Below, one piece after another: positions 49,860 through 59,157 of a DNA stretch of 63,725 nucleotides (position 1 is the stretch's first letter; each line of letters starts with the position of its first letter). The DNA is from Bacteroidales bacterium (lineage in GTDB: Bacteria; Bacteroidota; Bacteroidia; Bacteroidales; VadinHA17): NCBI GenBank assembly GCA_046706305.1, contig JBJKPQ010000043.1:1-63725 (forward strand), in the 5' to 3' direction. Below the pieces are notes generated by a model. The model did no database searches. It was not told where the DNA came from and saw nothing but the letters and a program-made list of their open reading frames with translations. Both the position numbers and the translations under genes were made by a program.

Positions 49860-51332
49860 TTAATTTTTCCCGCGAGGACTTCTTTTTGCAGTCTTCACCG
49901 ATGTTTCTTTTTGCGGTTTCTTTAACGTCAGCTTTTCTTCTTTTATTGCTTTTGTTGCCTTTGGTGCCGCAGTACGTGCAGTCTTTTTTTTGACGCCTGC
50001 TTTTGCAGGGCTGAGACGCACTATTTTTCTTGATAGTTTCTCAATCTCTTTCGTCTGCTTGTATATAATGCTATCCTTCTCATTCATTTCCCTTGTAAGC
50101 AGGAATATCTGTTCCTGCTCTTTTGAATCGGGGAAATACTGTTTAACCCTGAGCTCAAAATCACTAAGCACATTCATATAGTTCATGAAAGCGTCGTATG
50201 GTGTCTCATAAGGATTAAAATAAGCATGTACGGCACCATCTGAAAAGAATTTTGTGGCCATGTAATAAAAATGGTCACTGGCCTGCAGGTAATCCCAGTC
50301 CTTCCTGATATGAGGATCGTCACACCTGTTTACCTTGTCTGCCAGGCTGTAGAGTTTATCAAGAGCTGCCACCTGTAGTTCGTTTCCGTGCCATGCTGTT
50401 ATATCCCTTTCCTCATCAGCCCATGAAACAGGCGATGGTACACTTATGGCCGAGACAGGCTGAAGCACATCTGCAACTTCCGAGGGTGTCATAAATTTAA
50501 AAGGTGTTTTCCGCAATATTGCAGCCGGCATATGCGACAGGAAATCAAATATCCCTGATTCCTTCCAGTTATGTTCGCCGAAGGTCTCATAATCCATGAA
50601 GATATTTACAAGGTCGCGCCGGGAGCCCAGTTTGCTTATCCATCCGGCATATTTTTCAGCCGTAAGCGGCCAGGAGTTCCACTCGCGTTTTGAGAAACGG
50701 AAGGCAATATCATCACTGAGTGCAAAGTTCCTGAGCAAAACTTTTAATCTTGGGTTTACAGAGTTACAGTAAAGATAATTAGGGCTCTTCCAACCCAGAA
50801 CATGCTTTGCCCCTTCAGTAAGCATTGCCTTAAAGCCCATATCGGCTACCCACGACCCTATTTCATCGGAGTAAATAAGTTCGGTATTCCTGAAAGATGT
50901 AGCATCAACACCAAGATGTTCCTTGAGCATATTTTTATGACGGTTCACCTGTTGTTCAAATTCACCACGACTTTTAATGGATGCGAGTGAATGGGCATTT
51001 GTCTCGGCAAGAAATTCCACCATACCCGTTTCGGCCAGCTTTCTGAATGACTCAAGTACCTCCGGAGCATAAAGCCTGAACTGGTTTATTGCCAGTCCGG
51101 ATATTGAAAATGTAACCTTGAACTTGCCATGATGCTTAGCGATAAGATCTGATATCACTTTATTGGCCGGCAGGTAACATTTGTCAGCCACCTTTCTCAT
51201 TATTGATTCATTGGTATAATCATCATAATAGTAGTGATCGTGTCCAAGATCGAAGAACCTGTACCTTTTTAGCCTGAAAGGCTGGTGAACCTGGAAATAA
51301 AAGCAAATAGCTTTTTTGTTTGATGCGCTCAT
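49860..51332 (-). CDS. Glycoside hydrolase family 57 protein with basic C-terminal tail
   Basis: FQVHQPFRL, FRNTELIY, LSDDIAFRF, DYETFGEH, SWADEERD, SDHFYYM. Confidence 0.93.
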   Translation of the reverse strand: MSASNKKAICFYFQVHQPFRLKRYRFFDLGHDHYYYDDYTNESIMRKVADKCYLPANKVISDLIAKHHGKFKVTFSISGLAINQFRLYAPEVLESFRKLAETGMVEFLAETNAHSLASIKSRGEFEQQVNRHKNMLKEHLGVDATSFRNTELIYSDEIGSWVADMGFKAMLTEGAKHVLGWKSPNYLYCNSVNPRLKVLLRNFALSDDIAFRFSKREWNSWPLTAEKYAGWISKLGSRRDLVNIFMDYETFGEHNWKESGIFDFLSHMPAAILRKTPFKFMTPSEVADVLQPVSAISVPSPVSWADEERDITAWHGNELQVAALDKLYSLADKVNRCDDPHIRKDWDYLQASDHFYYMATKFFSDGAVHAYFNPYETPYDAFMNYMNVLSDFELRVKQYFPDSKEQEQIFLLTREMNEKDSIIYKQTKEIEKLSRKIVRLSPAKAGVKKKTARTAAPKATKAIKEEKLTLKKPQKETSVKTAKRSPRGKN

Positions 51333-51335
51333 ATC

Positions 51336-52634
51336 TTAATTCTTATAGTTCTCAATAACTCTGTAATATATATCACGTACGTGTCTGGCCGAGTTGTCCC
51401 ATTTCAACCTTATAACCTCCTCTTTCCCATTCTTTATAAACATACCCGAAAGTGCCGGGTAATTAAGTATTCCATAAATAGCATCAGCCATAGCGTCAAT
51501 GTCCCAGAAATCTGTTTTCACTGCATGAGTAAGTATCTCCGCAACACCCGACTGCTTACTGATAATAACCGGAACATTCGACTGCATAGCTTCCAGGGGT
51601 GAGATGCCGAATGGCTCCGACACTGAGGGCATAATATACACATCGCTTAGTTCAAGCATCTTAAAAACATCCGGACCTCTCAGGAACCCGGTAAAATGAA
51701 ATCTGTCAGTGATTCTTAATGCGGCAGCACGTCTCATCATCCTTTCCATCATATCGCCCGAACCAGCCATAACAAATCTTACATTATTCATCCTTTTTAG
51801 CACCTTGTTGGCAGCTTCAATAAAATATTCAGGACCTTTCTGTAATGTTATCCTTCCAAGGAAAGTAACTACTTTTTCTCCAATACCCTTTTTAAAAGTG
51901 GAGCCGTGACTGTAACTGACAGGTTCAACTGCATTATAAACGGTTTCCACTTTATCGGGGCTTATGTTATACCTGTTAATAACAATATCCCTAGTAAGGT
52001 TACTAACAGTAATTATTTTGGCAGCGGCATCCATCCCGTTTTTTTCTATCTGGTAAACATCCGGATTAACACTTCCTCCGCTGCGGTCAAAATCGGTTGC
52101 ATGTACATGTATGACTAGGGGCTTACCTGAAACAGCCATAGCGGCTATACCTGCCGGGTATGCCAGCCAGTCGTGAGCATGTATTATGTCAAAATCATTC
52201 TCTTCAGCTATTATTGAGGCTACAATGGCATACTTATTAATTTCTTCCAACAGGTTATAATCATACCGGCCTGAAAAATCTATCATCCCTTTATCATTTG
52301 TCTGAACAAAGAGGTTTTGTCCGGTTATTTCTTTTGATACAACCTTCCAGAAATCTTTCGGATCGATATAGGGTACGATTTTTGAAGAAACCTCAATCAT
52401 TTCAAGAGGCTTTCTAAATCCTTTATAAAATACTTTCCTTGATGCCACGGGGACCTTGTTGGCACCTATAAGCCTGACCATACTCTGGTCCTCATCACCC
52501 CAGGCCCTGGGAACTACAAAAATGACGTCAAGGTCGTCAAGTGTGGCCATCCCTTTTGTCAACCCATAACTTGCAGTACCCAGTCCGCCAGAGATGTGTG
52601 GCGGGAATTCCCATCCGAACATTAACACTCTCAT
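51336..52634 (-). CDS. GT4-family glycosyltransferase of the glycogen cluster
   Basis: MFGWEFPPHISGGLG, IHAHDW, LGRITLQKG, PSVSEPFGI. Confidence 0.92.
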   Translation of the reverse strand: MRVLMFGWEFPPHISGGLGTASYGLTKGMATLDDLDVIFVVPRAWGDEDQSMVRLIGANKVPVASRKVFYKGFRKPLEMIEVSSKIVPYIDPKDFWKVVSKEITGQNLFVQTNDKGMIDFSGRYDYNLLEEINKYAIVASIIAEENDFDIIHAHDWLAYPAGIAAMAVSGKPLVIHVHATDFDRSGGSVNPDVYQIEKNGMDAAAKIITVSNLTRDIVINRYNISPDKVETVYNAVEPVSYSHGSTFKKGIGEKVVTFLGRITLQKGPEYFIEAANKVLKRMNNVRFVMAGSGDMMERMMRRAAALRITDRFHFTGFLRGPDVFKMLELSDVYIMPSVSEPFGISPLEAMQSNVPVIISKQSGVAEILTHAVKTDFWDIDAMADAIYGILNYPALSGMFIKNGKEEVIRLKWDNSARHVRDIYYRVIENYKN

Positions 52635-52652
52635 ATGCTTCCTCTTAATTTG

Positions 52653-54599
52653 TTAGCTGGAATATTTTCTCTCGAGTAATTCAATTATTCTCAACACTTC
52701 AGCCACGCTCCAGGCCTGTGATATAGCACCTTTTGGAGCATGTGGAGGATTACCGTCATGAATCTCCGACAGTGTGCTTACCCCGTGTTCGCCCATAACC
52801 TCTTCAAGTCCAAACACCAGGCCTCTTACTTTCTGAACTCCCTGGTTACCGTATACTTTAAGCCATCCCTCGCAAAATGGTCCGTACAACCAGGGCCAAA
52901 CTGTACCCTGATGATAGGCGCTGTCTCTTTCCTCCTGGTTTCCTTCATAAATGCCTTTATACAATTTATTCCTGGGAGACAGGGTTCTCAGTCCCCTGTT
53001 TGTAACCAGTTCCCTGTCAGCAACATCAAGGATTTTTTTCATCTGGTCTTTTTCAAGCATTGAATAAGGCATGGAAACAGCTATAACCATGTTAGGTCTA
53101 ACATAAAAGTTCCTGTCTTCCTCATCATTGACGTAATCGGCCAGGTAACCTAATTTATCATCCCAGAATAGTTCAATGAACGATTTTTTTATCAGTTCAG
53201 GCATTCCTTCATATTCTTTCACAAAAGCTTTGTTTTTGGTTTCCCTGGCCTTTTCAAGCGCAAAGCAGACTGCATTGTACCAAAGGGCATTTATCTCCAC
53301 GGCATATCCGCCTCTTTGTGTAACCGGTACCCCGTTAACAACAGCATCCATCCAGGTGAGAGCCTTACCATCCGCCATAGCATATACAAGGCCATTCTCC
53401 CGGGTGTGAATATTAAAGGCTGTTCCATTACGGTATGCATTTAAAACAGATATGGCAGCCTTTCCGTAGCGTTCCCATCCGTCACGGCCCCCCTGTTCAA
53501 TATATTGCTGTATTGCCCATATGAACCATAAAGGGGCATCAACCGAGTTAAAAGCGGGGTTATTATCATCGCCCATGTTAGGGAAGAGCCCATCCTTCAT
53601 CTTTTCAACCTGGGTATCCATAACTTCACGGAAAAGCTTCAGGTCATGCCTGGCCACCGCGAGACCGGGTACCGAGATAAAGGTATCACGTCCCCATGCT
53701 CCGAACCATGGGTAGCCTGCTATGATCAATGTTTTTCCACCACGTTTTTCAATAAACTGCTGAGAAGCGTTGCCAAGGCAATTCATGTAGCTGTCGCGCG
53801 GTATCTTACCTGCCACTGTCTTCGAAAATTTCTGCTTCATCTGTGAAGTTTTCTGCTCCCTGGTGGAAGCACTGAAGACAACAACTTCACCTTTCTTTGC
53901 CTCAAACTCAAAAAAACCGGGAGTGAAAAGATCCTCTGAATAGTCATAACCCCTCTTCTGCTCCTCTATGTATTCAACACCCAGGTACCAGTCGGGTACA
54001 TGCACAAATTCCACCTTTTTGGAAAACTGCATGTTAAGGTAGGGAAACCCTTCGTACATCTTCGATCTTATACCGTTCTCAATAAATTCGACTCTTGTGT
54101 CGGCAGCAAGATTGGCATGCGTTAGATGATGAATATTCCTGAAAGCCAGGAAGGGACGAACCTGTATCTTCATCTGCTCAGTGGCCTCCTCAACAGTAAA
54201 ACGCAGAAGAAACTGTTCCTCATCGTGCACAAGTAGCCTTTCCTGCCTGAGCATTACACCACCTACCCGGTATAAACGTGAAGGTATACTCTCAGTATTA
54301 AAATCATCTATGTATTTATGACCTTTCGGACTAAAATAGTCGCCTTTGTATTTTCGGATTCCTATATTGAACTTTTTCTCGCTGTTCAGAACAGTGACGT
54401 CGAGGGAAGACAGGAGTACAAAGCGCTCGCCACCGAAGTTATCGACAGGGCATACAAGCAACCCGTGATACTTTCGTGTATTACAGTCAACAATGGTTGT
54501 TGATGTATACGACCCTGCCCTGTTTGTCCTGATAATCTCCCTCGAGAGGGAGTATTCCAGGTTGACGACCTGATTCTTTTCAAACTTTATATAACTCAT
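52653..54599 (-). CDS. Amylo-alpha-1,6-glucosidase (glycogen debranching enzyme, GH133-like)
   Basis: NTRKYHGLL, IAGYPWFGAWGRDTFIS, LTWMDA, VEINALWYNA, AYHQGTVWPW, QAWSVAE. Confidence 0.93.
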   Translation of the reverse strand: MSYIKFEKNQVVNLEYSLSREIIRTNRAGSYTSTTIVDCNTRKYHGLLVCPVDNFGGERFVLLSSLDVTVLNSEKKFNIGIRKYKGDYFSPKGHKYIDDFNTESIPSRLYRVGGVMLRQERLLVHDEEQFLLRFTVEEATEQMKIQVRPFLAFRNIHHLTHANLAADTRVEFIENGIRSKMYEGFPYLNMQFSKKVEFVHVPDWYLGVEYIEEQKRGYDYSEDLFTPGFFEFEAKKGEVVVFSASTREQKTSQMKQKFSKTVAGKIPRDSYMNCLGNASQQFIEKRGGKTLIIAGYPWFGAWGRDTFISVPGLAVARHDLKLFREVMDTQVEKMKDGLFPNMGDDNNPAFNSVDAPLWFIWAIQQYIEQGGRDGWERYGKAAISVLNAYRNGTAFNIHTRENGLVYAMADGKALTWMDAVVNGVPVTQRGGYAVEINALWYNAVCFALEKARETKNKAFVKEYEGMPELIKKSFIELFWDDKLGYLADYVNDEEDRNFYVRPNMVIAVSMPYSMLEKDQMKKILDVADRELVTNRGLRTLSPRNKLYKGIYEGNQEERDSAYHQGTVWPWLYGPFCEGWLKVYGNQGVQKVRGLVFGLEEVMGEHGVSTLSEIHDGNPPHAPKGAISQAWSVAEVLRIIELLERKYSS

Positions 54600-54776
54600 A
54601 TATCCAAGTGTTTATTAGTCCAAAAGGTAAAGTAAGGTAATAATTAAAAGTGAACCGTGCAACAGTATTAAGACCCGCCAAAAAGTAATTAAATCTCATA
54701 AAAGTTCAGACGCATTAAAAAAAGAATAACTTTGCATTTCTGTTATATTATAGCTATTAACTAATATTAAACTTTA

Positions 54777-55940
54777 ATGAACAAGAAAATTCTTTTTTAT
54801 TTGTTTGCTGCCTTGGTCTTTACAGGATGCAAAAATAATACTTTCCTGATAACAGGCACACTAACAAACCCGGTAAATGGAGAATACATTTTTCTTGATC
54901 AATTAAAATCAAACGAACTTATTACTGTTGACTCAGTTAAGGTAGCAAATGACGGCAAGTTCAGCTTCAAGGGAGAAATTAAAAATCCCGCATTTTACCT
55001 CGTTAAGTTTAATGATAACAATTTTTTGACCATGCTTGTTGAGCCGGGTGATAAAATTATTTTGAAAGCCAAACACGATTCACTTAATTTCCCTGTTTCT
55101 GTGGAAGGTTCGGAAGGGACACAGCAGATGGTAGAATACAACCGGACTATGAGCAAGACGATTAACAAACTAAGGAGCCTTAACGATATATATATGAATA
55201 ATTCTGACAATCCCCACCTTGCTGCCGTCATGGATTCGTTAGACAATCTTGCACAGGGTTACCTCGGGGAAATTAACATGTACACAAAGAAATATATCGA
55301 TAAAAATATCGGGTCGCTTGTTAGTCTAGTTGCTCTTTATCAGCAGGTTGCCCCCAGTGTTTATGTACTCAACCCGGAGAAGGATATTAAATATTTTGAA
55401 AAAGTTGACTCATCAATGTATGGTAAGTATCCCGACTATGATCCCGTAGCTACTCTCCATGAACAGGTAAAACAGCTGAAATCAGGCATGCAGGGGGAAT
55501 CAACTCCTGAGGAAGCAGGGACTGGTGCTGAAGCACCTGAAATAAGCCTGCCTGATCCGCAAGGTGATACTATTAAGCTCTCTTCAACAAGAGGCTCCGT
55601 TGTTCTGCTTGATTTCTGGGCATCATGGTGCAGTCCCTGCCGTCGCGAAAACCCAAACCTGGTAAAGGCCTATAACCTGTACCATAATAAAGGCTTCCAG
55701 ATTTTCCAGGTTTCACTCGATAAAACAAAAGAAGCTTGGACAGATGGTATTAAAGACGATCAGCTTGGCAGATGGATACATGTAAGCGATCTTAAATACT
55801 GGAATTCAAGTGTTGTACCTCTCTATAAAATAGAATCTATACCCTGCAATTACCTGCTCGACAAAAACGGCCGTATAATTGCTTCAAACCTAAGGGGGGA
55901 ACAATTGCAGAATAAACTCGCAGAAATTTTTAATAAATAA
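54777..55940 (+). CDS. TlpA/ResA-like thiol-disulfide oxidoreductase lipoprotein (DUF4369-like plus AhpC/TSA domain)
   Basis: Lipobox FTGC; LLDFWASWCSPCRRENP; cis-Pro loop IESIP; TAACTTTG promoter element at 54727-54734. Confidence 0.92.
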   Translation: MNKKILFYLFAALVFTGCKNNTFLITGTLTNPVNGEYIFLDQLKSNELITVDSVKVANDGKFSFKGEIKNPAFYLVKFNDNNFLTMLVEPGDKIILKAKHDSLNFPVSVEGSEGTQQMVEYNRTMSKTINKLRSLNDIYMNNSDNPHLAAVMDSLDNLAQGYLGEINMYTKKYIDKNIGSLVSLVALYQQVAPSVYVLNPEKDIKYFEKVDSSMYGKYPDYDPVATLHEQVKQLKSGMQGESTPEEAGTGAEAPEISLPDPQGDTIKLSSTRGSVVLLDFWASWCSPCRRENPNLVKAYNLYHNKGFQIFQVSLDKTKEAWTDGIKDDQLGRWIHVSDLKYWNSSVVPLYKIESIPCNYLLDKNGRIIASNLRGEQLQNKLAEIFNK

Positions 55941-55979
55941 AAATTGTTGTAATATTCGTTGTTGCAAATTTTATCATAA

Positions 55980-57137
55980 ATGAAACGTGTACTATTTATA
56001 CTGGCGCTGGTAGTAATTTTTTCAGGTTGCAGGGATAAGGAAGGCTTTACCGTTAATGGTTTTGTTAAGGGGAGGAAGGAAAAATATATTTACCTGAACA
56101 GGCTGGATGTAAATACTGCCGTTTTTATGGATTCTGCAAAGATTAATCGAAGCGGACATTTCAGGTTTCACGTAAAGGCTTCATTCCCCGATTTTTACCA
56201 GGTGGGCTTTTCTGAATCTGATTTTATAACACTGCTTGCCAGTCCCGGAGAAGAGATCAGTCTCGACTTTAAAGGAAAAACCCTGTATGATGATTATACA
56301 ATAAAAGGATCTGAGGGCACAGAGAAACTCCAATATCTCGACAACACTCTCGCCGAGACAAAAAGAAAGCTCGATTCATTGCGTAATGAATACAACAAGG
56401 CCATGAAACAGCCGGGGTTCGACAAGAAAGGACCTGATCTGGAAGAGCAGTTCAACAATCTTATAAAACAGCAGCGACGGAAAAATATAGAATTCATCAT
56501 TAAGAATGTTAATTCACTCGCTTCTATAAAGGCTCTTTACCAGAGGATAGACCCGCAGACATATGTCCTGTACGATCCGAAAGATCTGCAGTTTCTTAAA
56601 ATAGTTACAGATTCTCTGACCCGTCACTATCCCAATTCAAAACATGTTCAGGCCCTGGCCAGGGATTTTACCAACGAGATGAACCAGATGTACGTCAACC
56701 AGCTCGAAAAAATGGCCAAGGATGCACCAATAACAAAACTCAATCCCAGTCTCAAGGATATTAATAATAACAGGATAGCCCTTTCTTCATTAAAAGGTAA
56801 ATATGTACTGCTCAGTTTCTGGTCGGCACAATCGCAGGATTGTGTAAATGAGAACCTGCAGTTCAAACAACTTTATAAACAATATCATAACAAGGGGTTT
56901 GAAATATACCAGATCAATCTCGACAAGGATACCGAAGCATGGAAGGCAGCTGTAAGGTTTGATGAACTGCCATGGATTAACACGCGTGAAGATGACCCTT
57001 CAAACCCTAAAAATGCCATTCTTTTTAATGTAAAAACATTACCGGCCAATTTTCTTTTTGATAAACAGGGTAATATAATTGCATCAAACCTGCACGGAAG
57101 GTCTCTGCAAATAAAACTAAACCAGCTTTTCAACTAA
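55980..57137 (+). CDS. TlpA-like lipoprotein paralogue with degenerate active site (SxxC)
   Basis: Lipobox FSGC; LLSFWSAQSQDCVNEN aligns with WASWCSPC of the upstream paralogue. Confidence 0.88.
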   Translation: MKRVLFILALVVIFSGCRDKEGFTVNGFVKGRKEKYIYLNRLDVNTAVFMDSAKINRSGHFRFHVKASFPDFYQVGFSESDFITLLASPGEEISLDFKGKTLYDDYTIKGSEGTEKLQYLDNTLAETKRKLDSLRNEYNKAMKQPGFDKKGPDLEEQFNNLIKQQRRKNIEFIIKNVNSLASIKALYQRIDPQTYVLYDPKDLQFLKIVTDSLTRHYPNSKHVQALARDFTNEMNQMYVNQLEKMAKDAPITKLNPSLKDINNNRIALSSLKGKYVLLSFWSAQSQDCVNENLQFKQLYKQYHNKGFEIYQINLDKDTEAWKAAVRFDELPWINTREDDPSNPKNAILFNVKTLPANFLFDKQGNIIASNLHGRSLQIKLNQLFN

Positions 57138-57149
57138 TACGATACCGGT

Positions 57150-57932
57150 TTGGCTGAAAACGGGAAAATATATTTTGCCTCCGATTTCCATCTGGGACTT
57201 CCAGCCGGATCTCCTCCGGTAGAAAGAGAGAAAAAGGTTGTCAGATGGTTAAATACCGTGAAGGATGATGCCCGGGCAATATATCTTCTTGGTGATGTTT
57301 TTGATTTCTGGTGGGAATATAGATTGGTTGTCCCGAAGGGATTTACCAGATTCCTTGGGACCGTGGCATCGATTTCTGACTCCGGTATTCCCGTACATTT
57401 TTTTACCGGAAATCACGACATGTGGGTTGGCGATTACCTTACAAGGGAATGCGGAATGACAATACATACCGGCCCGCTCACAACTGTTTTTGACGGACAG
57501 GTGTTCCACCTGGCCCACGGTGAAGGACTGGGAACAAAGGATTTCTCCTACAAAATCCTTCTCGCACTGTTCCGTAATAAATTTCTGCGGAAAATGTATT
57601 CTGCAATACATCCTTACATTGGCATAGGTATCGGGCAAAAATGGTCTCTTAATTCAAGACTTGGGAAGGGGATTATGATGGAATTCCTGGGAGAGGAGAA
57701 AGAAGACCTGATAAGATATGCCCGTTCCGTTCTGAAAACCAGGGGCATTGATTATTTTATCTTTGGGCACAGGCACCTCGCAAGAAATTTTAAACTAAAG
57801 GAAGGACCGGAAATAATATTCCTTGGCGATTGGATAAAAAGCGGAAGCTATGCCGAATGGGATGGCAGCAGGCTTATCTTCAAGAAAGTGGAAGACAAAG
57901 ATAATGTTCAGACATTAACTGTGAGTAAATAA
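57150..57932 (+). CDS. lpxH: UDP-2,3-diacylglucosamine hydrolase (metallophosphoesterase)
   Basis: FASDFHLG, LLGDVFDFW, GNHD, HG, FGHRH, LGDW. Confidence 0.88.
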   Translation: MAENGKIYFASDFHLGLPAGSPPVEREKKVVRWLNTVKDDARAIYLLGDVFDFWWEYRLVVPKGFTRFLGTVASISDSGIPVHFFTGNHDMWVGDYLTRECGMTIHTGPLTTVFDGQVFHLAHGEGLGTKDFSYKILLALFRNKFLRKMYSAIHPYIGIGIGQKWSLNSRLGKGIMMEFLGEEKEDLIRYARSVLKTRGIDYFIFGHRHLARNFKLKEGPEIIFLGDWIKSGSYAEWDGSRLIFKKVEDKDNVQTLTVSK

Positions 57933-59008
57933 TAGGAATAGACCTCGTTTAACTTCTCAAACTGGTATTCCAGTTTACTTCCCGACTTACGTGCTATCTC
58001 AATAAGCCCCATATTACCCGTGCTGTCAGTAAACGTAGTCTGATACGATAAGGATGTTTTAAAAAGGTCTTTAAGACCTTCATAATCATACCTGTTTATT
58101 ATCTCAATCTTCTCCCTGAGTTCGCCGACTCTTTCATTCAAGATGAGATTGCCGGAAGTAAGTGTGTAAATCCCGTCTTTCAACCGCAGAAGTGCTACTG
58201 ACATGCCGAATTCTTTTTCAGCATCTGCACCCGGGCAATAGGAAGAGACATTCTGAAGTATCTCTACAAGAACGCTGAAAACTTTCCTCTTCAGGGAAGC
58301 CTCAACATCTTCCTCGTACATTTTTGTTTCAGTGAGTGTAACAACCTCCTTACCTATGTTTGGAGATATATGCCCTGACCAAATCAGGCATATATTATTC
58401 TCAGCCATCATCCTTTCCAGTTCAGATATCACCCTGCCGTTAAATGCCTTTTCTGCCCCCGGCAGATTACTGCCACGCCCTGATGAATCAACAGTCTTAC
58501 TGAGAATAAAATATGAATATCTGTTATCGAGATCTATAAAATCATAGTCAAGCCTGTTGCCTGTTTTCCTCGCCATCTCCAGCAAGCCCAGTCCTACTCC
58601 TCCCTTATTGCTGAACTCCGATTTTCCCAACATCTTCCTGTAAACCTTTCTTACCTCCTCGGCATCCAGGTGATTTATCTCTTCAAGCTTAGCCCTCAGA
58701 TTGTCGATATGAGATGAAGGCAGTACATTACCTGTTGTCACTGTATATCCGTCGGCTGTTTTCGAGTATACCACAAGCGACATATTTGCAAATTCTACAG
58801 GATCACTGTGCCTAGAAACATTCTGCAGACTTTCCAGAACAAACATAAAAAGTCGTTTCCTCCCCAGGAAATCAAACTCCGCGTTCTCCATTTCACTTTC
58901 GAGAAGCATAATCAAAGGCACTGAATTTTCATCCGTAACAACACCCCGGTAAATGAACATCAGGTTTTCCTGCATCATTTTGTCACGAATCCGCCTTGTC
59001 AGGTCCAT
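57908..59008 (-). CDS. SiaB-family (DUF6272) protein kinase-like protein with two tandem domains
   Basis: Repeat 1: ESLQNVSRH..TTGN..GGVGLGLLEMARKTGNRLDYDF; repeat 2: EILQNVSSY..TSGN..GNMGLIEIARKSGSKLEYQF. Confidence 0.8.
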   Translation of the reverse strand: MDLTRRIRDKMMQENLMFIYRGVVTDENSVPLIMLLESEMENAEFDFLGRKRLFMFVLESLQNVSRHSDPVEFANMSLVVYSKTADGYTVTTGNVLPSSHIDNLRAKLEEINHLDAEEVRKVYRKMLGKSEFSNKGGVGLGLLEMARKTGNRLDYDFIDLDNRYSYFILSKTVDSSGRGSNLPGAEKAFNGRVISELERMMAENNICLIWSGHISPNIGKEVVTLTETKMYEEDVEASLKRKVFSVLVEILQNVSSYCPGADAEKEFGMSVALLRLKDGIYTLTSGNLILNERVGELREKIEIINRYDYEGLKDLFKTSLSYQTTFTDSTGNMGLIEIARKSGSKLEYQFEKLNEVYSYYLLTVNV

Positions 59009-59066
59009 GGTATGTTTTTAAGAAATTTGTTACCAGTTAAAATTAGTATAATAATTCTACTTAATC

Positions 59067-59119
59067 AACAGCCGGTAAAAACATCGGCTAAAATCCAACC
59101 TCTGTTAATACCGGCTGTT
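59067..59119. repeat. Perfect 11-bp inverted repeat
   Basis: AACAGCCGGTA (59067-59077) / TACCGGCTGTT (59109-59119). Confidence 0.6.
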
Positions 59120-59157
59120 ATATTGTATTGAAAGCGGCTATAAGCCCGGTATCCCAA

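Noticed and set aside
56800-56860. Selenocysteine in the second TlpA active site
   Set aside because: The position is encoded by TCG (Ser); there is no in-frame TGA
57908-57932. 25-bp convergent overlap of lpxH and the SiaB-like gene as antisense regulation
   Set aside because: Short 3' overlaps are common in compact genomes; no further support
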